NCBI GenBank assembly: GCA_964188305.1
Contig: OZ076901.1
Direction: 5' to 3' (one strand)
Length of the DNA stretch: 64,000 nucleotides
DNA from: Podarcis bocagei
Taxonomy: Eukaryota
Positions within the stretch are counted from its first letter, which is position 1; each line of letters begins with the position of its first letter. The translations under genes and the position numbers were made by a program. Under the pieces are notes generated by a model. That model made no database searches, was not told the origin of the DNA, and saw nothing but the letters and a program-made list of their open reading frames with translations. This document shows, piece after piece, positions 56,201-64,000 of the stretch.

Positions 56201-57650
56201 CTGGGTCTGCTTCTTGCAAAGTGTTCGTACAAACAGGACTGTGCATTGACCGGTGAATGGATTTGCATTGGGACAACAGGGCATTTTCTGTTCCTTTCCT
56301 AGTAACCAGGTTGGAACAGAGGAAGGCAAGGAAAGACGGCCGGTGCTGAAGAGAGCAAGTCCTAGAACGAAGTGTATTCTTGAAGGCCTGGGTTATAGGG
56401 GTGGATAATAGCAATATATAAAAATGCCTTACGAAAAGGACGAAGAACTATCCTCTGTTGTCCCGGAGGACAGGACTAGATCCTAGGGGCTTATGTCCCA
56501 GAAGGGGAGAGCTCAGATGAGCATTTGGAGAGGCTTTTTAAAGGCGAGAGCAGTTCTGACACTGAAAACATGGTGGACTCTCCCTTGGGAAGGGACAGAG
56601 CTCAGTGGTGGAGCACCTGTGGTTCAGTCCCCGGCATCTCCAGGTAGGGCTGTGAAAGAAGACTCCCCGCCTGAAACCCTGGAACAATGGCTGCTAGCCA
56701 GTGCTCACCGAACTGAGCTAGAGGGAGCAATGGTTTTTCTTGGGATAAGGCAGTTTCCTGTATTGCCTCACTGGGGGTCTTTAGGCAGAGGCTGGACAGT
56801 CCTTTCTTAGAGATGTTGCTGGGTTTTCTGTACCAAGCAGAGCTTAGACTTAGAGCCCCCCACTGCTGCCGCAGCTCTTAATGGCTGCTGTGCAGCAACT
56901 CACATATTCTGGGAACCACTCAGTAATAGCAAATTCCAAATTCATATTAGGCTAAGTATCACAGGAGCTATATTCCCAAGTGTGCATCTTTCTGAATTAT
57001 ATTTCACTCAGTGGTGCTGCTCCTCAAGACTTTGTCCCTTTGCTACTATTGCTGTAATTTGCTAGCAGCCACAGGGTTTCGTTTATAAGGCAGTTACGTC
57101 ATTTGCATTATACTGCCTTAAGTGTTTGTCAGCTGTGCTACTTCGCTGCTGCTCACTGATGAACAATCTTAAAATTTTTCATTTGTATCCACCTGGCAAT
57201 TAATCCATACTTCTCCATCTGAATTGCTTTGGTGGTGTTGAGCAACCATCAGTTCCCCTGACCTTTCTTTTGCCAGGAGGATGCAAAGATTTCCCCATGA
57301 GCCGCCCTAGCAGGAGCAAAGAAGTACGCCCAAGAGCCAAGGCTGGGAGGGGCAGACTTGTAAAGAAAGATAATGCTCCACCCTTGTGGTGGAGAGCTAA
57401 TCTCCCATCTGCCTCCTGTTGTTGAGGCTGGTGGCAGCTCAGGAATAAACCCAGAAAGCCCGTTCGGAACAGGGGCCTAGGATGGGGCGGCACCTCAGGG
57501 TGTGAAAGATCTCCTTTTCCCTAAAAGCCCTGTCCTGGGGGCCAGAAGTGGGTCTCCACTCCTTCTCTCAGAACATAAGAATTGCCCTGCAGCTGGGTCA
57601 CGTCCAAGACCCGTCTAGTCCAGCATCTGGTTCTCACAGTGGCCAACCAC

Positions 57651-57700
<50 letters not shown>

Positions 57701-60700
57701 TTATTTATACATACATGCCCCACCCATCTGGCTGAGTTTCCCCAGCCACTCTTGGAGCCCACAAGAAGTACCTGAGTCCAGCAGCAATATCTTCACTATT
57801 GCAATTCTCAGCAACTGATATTCAAAGGCACACAACCTCCCAACGCTGGATGCAGAACACAGCCATTGCAGCTAATATTCCATTGATAGCCTTTCACCCC
57901 CTTTTTTAGCCCCTGAAATTGATGACCATCTCTATGTCTTGCAGGAGCAAACCCTGCAATTTAATTATGCTCTGTGTGAAGAATTCCTTCCCTTTGCCTG
58001 TCGGGAATCCTGCAACACTTGGCTTCAATAAATGGTATTTTGGCAGAGCTTCATTCTGGGAGGTTTGCTGAGCACACATCAGCTGCGCTGCTGCCTCTCT
58101 TCCTTTTCATTCTCTGACTGGCTCAAGCCAGGTTGGCTCTCTTCATGCCTGGCTTTTTCTCTGTGGCCCCCGAAGCTGGGGGGGAAGGGGGCAGAGCAGA
58201 TCACAGACATGAACCGGACCCAAAACCGATGAGCGTGAAGTGCATAGTAAGTGGGACTGCAAGTCTCATGTCTTCTGGGCTCTTGTGGGAGCAGCATATC
58301 GGAGCAAGATTCTGCACACATGTCTTCCTCTGACAGCAGGTGCGTTGGGCACACTTGCCACCTGCTCCTCTTGGGTCATAGGTAGGGCACATTGATTGAC
58401 TTTGCCTTCTTTCTCTCTGGAATTGCAGCTCGCTCGGATCCAGACGGACAGCGTGGTTCAGATGCTGCAGGAGCGCCACCCTCACCTCTGCTTTGAGATT
58501 GGTGAGTGTGTGAGGCAGGAAGCCTGGGAATTACCGTAGGTATTGACCACAGTAGTGGATGGGGAGAAAGCAAGCCAACACAGGAGTTCCATCCAGGTGC
58601 TGGGGGAGAGCAGCCTCAGGTGCACAGGCAGAGTGCTGAGACCTGGTGCATGGAGAGGATGGGCTTGTGTGGCATCTAGCTTTGTATTATTATTATTATT
58701 AATTTCTATACGGTCATTCCTTCAAGACTCACAGGGTGGCTTACCATGTAAAACCCCAAAATACATAACATTTATTTATTTATTTATTTATTTGTTTATT
58801 TAATACATTTATATGCCTTTCTCCCCTTCAAATGAGCTCAAGGCGGTGTACATGGTTCTCCCCGTTTCATTCTCCAACAATCCTGTGAGGTAGGTTAGGC
58901 TAAGAGATGGTGACTGGCCCAAAGTCATCCAGTGAGCTTCATGGCTGAGTGGGAATTCAAACCCTGGTCTCCCAGGTCCTACTCCCAACACATTATCAGT
59001 TATGCCACACGTTAAATAGTAGCAAACAAAAACAATGTCCCCACCCACACAGTTTAAAAGGCCATAGATTATTTAAGTAGCCAAAGGCCTGGGATAAGAG
59101 GGGTGTTTTTTCCTGGCGCCAGTTTACGTCCTCCCCTACCAAAGCAGTGAGCAGCTAGGAAGTCCACACATTGCTCACCCTTGTTGTGGCTCATGTCCTA
59201 CTGGTGTCTGTCATCTTTCCTGATCTTCCCTCTTCCTTCTTTCCTTCCTCTCTCTCTGAATAGTTGCCATGTCAACCACAGGTGACAAGATCCTGGACAC
59301 AGCTCTGTCGAAGGTAAGCAGCCGTATGCTCCCTGGGCTCATGACGCAACCAGCAGTGGACAGAAAAAGCAGCCTGGGTTGTAACATGCTCTTTTCCCAT
59401 TTAGATTGGTGAGAAAAGCCTATTTACGAAGGAACTGGAAAATGCACTGGAAAGAAATGAGTAAGTTCTCTTTGGCTGGGAGGTGTGGGAGAAAGCTCTC
59501 CTTGGCAGGCAATGCCTGGTGGTGCCCTTGGCACTGGTGCTTTTGCTCTGAGCAGGAGTCCATGTCCTGGTAGGCAATGGATTCTTCCAGAGCCAGGAAG
59601 TCTTCTCTTGAGCGAAAGCATTTCCTGTAACCCAGCGTTGCAGCTTGGGAGTCCAGCAACTGTGGGGAGGGGGAGCCCAGTCCTGGCGCATAACTGCAGC
59701 AATCCTGAGCAGTAGGCCACATTGAGACTGACATGCCCAGGCCCACCCAGCAAAGCTTCATAGCCAAGCAGGGATCTGCGCTGAGGTCTTACGCTTCATA
59801 ATTGCTCTCTCTCTGCCCATCCTGGGCCCATAAGGTTGGCACACCCTTGACCAGCTCATTTCTTCCCTTCCAGGGTTGACTTGGTGGTTCACTCCCTGAA
59901 GGACCTGCCCACATCCCTCCCATATGGCTTCACCATCGGTGCAATTTGCAAGTGAGTTTGGGCTCCTCTGCTTCCTTCTGCCTGACTGGTGCTCAGCGCT
60001 CTGGCTCTTGGTCCATCAAAGTTTGCCCTGGCCAGGCATCCACCTTCCCTTTTCCATGGGTTGCAGGAATTTATGTACAGGTTGGGGGGAGTTGCCCCTC
60101 CAGCAGATATCATGCACATGCAGCCCACTACCAACATCGGCACAATCACTTTTGCGACTTTTGTAATTTGTCCCCACAAAACACTTCATCACAGTTTCTT
60201 CCTATCTATTCAAAGGGCCTTTGCTGCACGATACCAAATGTAACAATTCACTGATAAATGTATCTATGTACTGGCTCACTGGGAAAACTTCAGAAATGCA
60301 TATAGACATGTGAGCTCAGCTACTCAGCAGCCACTCTGCCTGAGTGATAATTCCTGGCATCCTGATACCTGAGTGCCAGGCAGGTAGCCATTCCAGAAAT
60401 AACAAACCCAGATGAAGACAAAAGGGTGTGTGGGGGAATGCCCACCAAACCACCTAACTTCCATAGCATCAGATGGGTAATACCTTCTTTAACCCATCTA
60501 AACTGGCCACTGCCTTAGGCCAAGTGGTGGCCCTTTGCTGTGAACAGACAAAAGTCCAGGTCATGGAGTCTCCAGCTCTCTTTGCAAGAAACTTGGAGGC
60601 TGCTGCTGCAGCCCAGCTGACCTGCTCTCTAAAAGGCAACCCCGTCTGTCCCTTGCAGGAGAGAGAGTCCATATGATGCCGTCGTCTTCCACCCTAAGCA

Positions 60701-63700
60701 TGCAGGCAAGAGCCTCCACAGCCTCCCTGAGAAGAGGTGAGTTTCACTTGTTCCTTCCTTGGGTTCCATCTGGTGTGCAGGAAGGGCTGAAATTAGCATT
60801 TTGCCCCAGCTTCAACCCCTCTTGGGTAGCAGTGCTGAGAGGGGTCCCTGCCTGCCTGAGGTCTTGGCCAGCCGCTCTTGCCCAGAGTTGACACTTTGCT
60901 GCACATGGTCCCGTGTAGACAATGTTTGTGCAGAGATGTCTGGGGGACTGTTCCTAACTCTGCTCAGACGGGTGAGGCTGACCAGTCCAGACTCTTCTTT
61001 GACGCCGCTTTCCTTTTGGCTCTCTGGCAGTGTGATCGGGACCAGCTCACTTCGCCGGGCAGCTCAGCTGAAGAGAAAGTTCCCTCACCTGGAATTCAGG
61101 GATATTGTATCCTTTGAAAATGACCCCTTGACTTAGAAGTGTGAATAGGACACCTTGTGTGTGTGTGGGGGGTGAATTTCCTAGTGGCGAATGTGGCCAT
61201 TCCTTTGAATATGCAGCTTCTGTTATATTGAAGCAGGTCTCAATCGTTTGTTGGCCAGGTGGGAAAAACTGGTCTGCAATATGAGAACTTTTTCAAGGCC
61301 ACACATCCCTGGCTTGGCTTTGAATCCGGGGCCCAGCCAGCCATTGTGCTGAGATGCAGCCCATAGGCCTGGCAGAGGAGCTAAGGTCTTGAGCCGCCTT
61401 CTCCCCTGCAGAGAGGGACTGTGGTGTTAGAACACCCTCCCTGGTGGCCAGGTCTGGAAGTGCAGGCCATGGGCCACCCAACCAGGGATCTCTGTGGTTT
61501 TCCCTTAATCCTTCTTGTAGAGGGGAAATTTGAACACTCGCTTGAAGAAGCTGGATGAGAAGGAGGATTTCAGCGCCATCGTCCTGGCAGCGGCTGGCCT
61601 CAGGCGGATGGGCTGGGACAGCCGCATTGGTCAAGTAAGTGGGGCAGAAGAGATTGGGATGAAGGTTGTTCCCTGCCCATGCCCCTCCATTGTGCCCAGG
61701 GAGTTTCTACTCCTTGTATCCTCAGTTCTTGAGATGCTCACTGATGTCTGCATTCCTTCGGGATATATAGACTGAATGAATTTGTGAAATGCCCTGAGAT
61801 GTATAGGGCTGTATACAAATTTAAAATAAATAAATAAAATATTTTGCTCCACCTTTGTTCTGAGCACCACCAACCCTCGTTCTCCTTCCCTCCAGGTCCT
61901 GAGCCCCGCAGACTGCTTGTACGCAGTTGGGCAGGTATGTGATGTGCTCTCCGTTCTGGCCCTGCTGTGTGCGCGTGAACAGCTAAGCCTCCCCAACACA
62001 CCCCTGCCTCTTGAGGGTGCCTTTCGCTCTTTCTCCTCCTGCTCCTCGCCCTCAAATGAGCATCCCAAAGTCAGGCTATGCACACCTTCCAATGAATTCT
62101 CTCTAGTGTGAATCCCAAAGCTGGAAGGTTAAATGGCCTTAGTGCTCCGAGGCTGCACCCCTTGTCCTGGTGGGTACCAACTTCTGCATCCTCACATTTG
62201 TGCAGGGATGGCTAACCTGTGGCCCTCTAGAATTTGTTGGCCTACCTCTCCCATTAATTCTGTCCATGAACTGTAAACTGTAAAAGCGGGTTTCCCCCCT
62301 TGAACTGTTCTCCGATTTAAAAATCACTCAAAATGGCACTAAGCTCTTTCAATGCATGCCTTGCTTGCCCCTTGTCCAAAAGTGGGTGAAATGTATGCAT
62401 CGTGGGAATCCTTGAAGACATTTTCTTTTGCCTCTTGGAAATCCCAGCAACAAAAATGCCAAAATCCATCGCAGCGCAACTACTTTCCAGGGCCAACCAG
62501 AATGTCACAAAATATTGTGCCAGCTTTTGAGTCCCCCAGAACTATTCACTGGGCTGGATTAGAGGTTTTCAACCTTTTTGAGTCCATGGCTGCCTTATTG
62601 AAGTACATTCTTTTTGTAGCACTCCTGTGGGGCACAGGAGCCCAGTTATGTTGCCCCTTTCTTGCAGAGCTGGCAGCCTCTCAACCTTATTCAAACACCC
62701 TCCCTTGTGGAGTGTTCCCTCAGCCAATGTTGCCCACGGCACCCCTGACCATCATTCAAGGCACTGGGCTAGATAGTAAAGAAAACACAGAAACTTAAAA
62801 GCTTGCACTATATTGTGACATTTTGGTTGACCTCATAGAGGCATTGGCGTAATATGGATTTAGTAATTTTTCTTATGGGTCGGTATGGCTGGCTCCCCCC
62901 CCCCAAGCAGTTTTTAGCAGGGGCTTGTGGGGGAGAGGGGTAGTGGATGCTTTGGTGGTCGCATGTCTCCATCTCAAGCTCATGCGTGCTTTACAGAGTA
63001 GAGACTCTGCTCCTGTTGTTCTCTGATTGCTGACCCTGGTCATTGCAGAGCAGGGGCTTTGAACGCTGTGGGGACTGCATAGCCACTAGGCTGTTCTAGA
63101 AGCTGAGAAGGGCCTCTGTCCCTCCTCCTCTTCCTTTCTCCAGGGAGCCCTAGCAGTGGAGGTGAGAGCCAGGGACCAGGAGATCCTCGATATGGTGTCC
63201 GTCCTGCACGACGGTGAGACGGTGCTGCGTTGCATTGCAGAGAGGGCCTTCATGAAGCACTTGGTAGGTTTCAGGAAGTGCTTGATCGGAGGCCACAGCA
63301 GCCACCTGCTTATGTGGGGCTCAGGGCAGTGGGGTGCTTCCTTCCTAGGGAGGACAGGGATTTTTTTTAAAAAATAGTTCTGAGTTGCGTGTTTCTCAGT
63401 TTGATCCTTTCCCAAGGTATGCATTGTGACTCAGTTATTATTGATAGTTTATTGCAATTGTTAAGAGTGAATTTGTTTAGTCATTATTGGTTCATGTTTT
63501 GGGTTATTTTATTGTGTACCATTATAGTCAAATAGATTATTGAATATTACTTTATTTGATTACAGATAGGTAGCCGTGTTGGTCTGCCATAGTCAAAATA
63601 AAAAAATTCCTTCCAGTAGCACCTTAAAGACCAACTAAGTTAGTTCTTGGTATGAGCTTTCGTGTGCATGCACACTTCTTCAGATACACTCATACACTTC

Positions 63701-64000
63701 AGATACAAGCTCATACCAAGAACTAACTTAGTTGGTCTTTAAGGTGCTACTGGAAGGAATTTTTTTATTTTGACTTTATTTGATGTCATTCATTTTAAAG
63801 TTATGCCATGTTATGGCTTTTTAAATTGGATCAGGTTATTGTATATTTTGTTGCTGTGAACCGCCTTGTTTAGTAATATGGAAAAGTGGTATGCTAATTA
63901 AAAGCGAAATGAGGAGGGAGGCTTGGCAGTAGCAGCAGCAGCGTTATTCACCTCCCTGACATTTTCCATTCCAGGAAGGCGGCTGCAGTGTCCCTGTGGC
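52999..64000 (+). CDS. HMBS: Porphobilinogen deaminase (hydroxymethylbilane synthase), 3'-partial
   Basis: join(52999-53022,56087-56140,58429-58501,59264-59313,59405-59460,59874-59951,60659-60736,61031-61106,61521-61634,61896-61934,63144-63263,63975->64000). Motifs [51 protein letters not shown] and EGGCSVPV (cofactor Cys). The exon 1 start is less certain than the rest. Confidence 0.95.
55084..55113 (+). CDS. HMBS: Candidate alternative first coding exon of HMBS ([10 protein letters not shown])
   Basis: GAAATGG Kozak context, 10 codons and a CAG|GTAAGA phase-0 donor compatible with exon 56087. GATA (CTTATCT 54929-54935) and CACCC boxes lie upstream. Confidence 0.55.
55850..55882 (+). CDS. 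HMBS: Candidate alternative HMBS exon ([11 protein letters not shown], or a 27/15-nt microexon)
   Basis: Consensus donor CAG|GTAAGT at 55882/55883 in phase 0. The in-frame ATG at 55850 and the CAG acceptors ending at 55855 and 55867 all preserve frame. Confidence 0.4.
56592..56763 (+). mobile_element. tRNA-derived SINE (Squam3-like) inserted in a CR1 fragment
   Basis: AGCTCAGTGGTGGAGCA...GGTTCAGTCCCCGGCATCTCCAGGTAGGGCTG...CTGAGCTAGA...ATAAGGCAGTTTCCT. The flanks resemble a CR1 3' end. Confidence 0.75.
57651..57755 (-). repeat. (AAT)n microsatellite forming the tail of an L2 3' end, nested in a CR1-like fragment
   Basis: About 16 AAT units followed by GCCCCACCCATCTGGCTG...CCCCAGCCACTCT, the reverse complement of the L2 end at ~1430-1480. 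Confidence 0.75.
58775..59010 (-). mobile_element. MIR/CORE-like tRNA-derived SINE
   Basis: (TTTA)n tail, AACAATCCTGTGAGGTAGG core and reverse B box GGGAATTCAAACC. Confidence 0.7.
61107..61520 (+). other. HMBS: U12-type GT-AG intron in HMBS
   Basis: 5' splice site GTATCCTTTG and branch point TTCCCTTAAT 11 nt before the intron end. Joins FRDI to RGNLNTRL. Confidence 0.9.
63560..63775. mobile_element. Penelope-like element fragment with 69-bp perfect inverted repeat
   Basis: Arms 63591-63659 and 63707-63775 are exact reverse complements with a 47-nt spacer. The sequence resembles pseudo-LTRs of reptile Penelope-like elements (from recall). Confidence 0.75.
63650..63687 (-). ncRNA. Minimal type I hammerhead ribozyme motif
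   Basis: Minus strand reads GUAU-CUGAAGA-A-GUGUGCAUGCACAC-GAAA-GC-UC/AUAC: conserved core CUGANGA...GAAA...UH, stem II hairpin, 4-bp stem I (GUAU/AUAC) and palindromic AGCU in place of stem III. Confidence 0.7.

Overview
Vertebrate genomic DNA, most likely from a squamate (lizard). That assignment is inferred from Squam3-like SINEs and L2, RTE, CR1, Penelope, hAT and Tc1-mariner repeats. The window holds the conserved gene block RPS25(-, 5' part) / TRAPPC4(+) / SLC37A4(-) / HYOU1(-) / VPS11(+) / HMBS(+, 3' end outside the window). Exon chains were built by hand from splice signals and phase and give full-length ORFs: TRAPPC4 219 aa, SLC37A4 429 aa (451 aa with a 66-nt cassette exon), HYOU1 992 aa ending NDEL, and VPS11 923 aa. 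Most ORFs in the six-frame track are spurious. Highlights: (1) a young non-autonomous hAT element carrying a CpG-island/promoter-like cargo in TRAPPC4 intron 1; (2) a Penelope-type 69-bp perfect inverted repeat overlapping a minimal hammerhead ribozyme motif in an HMBS intron; (3) candidate alternative coding first exons of HMBS, plus an in-frame uORF ending in UGA-C; (4) two minor-spliceosome introns (AT-AC in VPS11, GT-AG in HMBS) and one GC-AG intron; (5) a compact HYOU1/VPS11 bidirectional promoter combining ER-stress and lysosomal CLEAR-type elements; (6) an LTR-like insert flanked by a ~100-bp duplication. No database searches were possible, so repeat family names and cross-species statements come from recalled knowledge.
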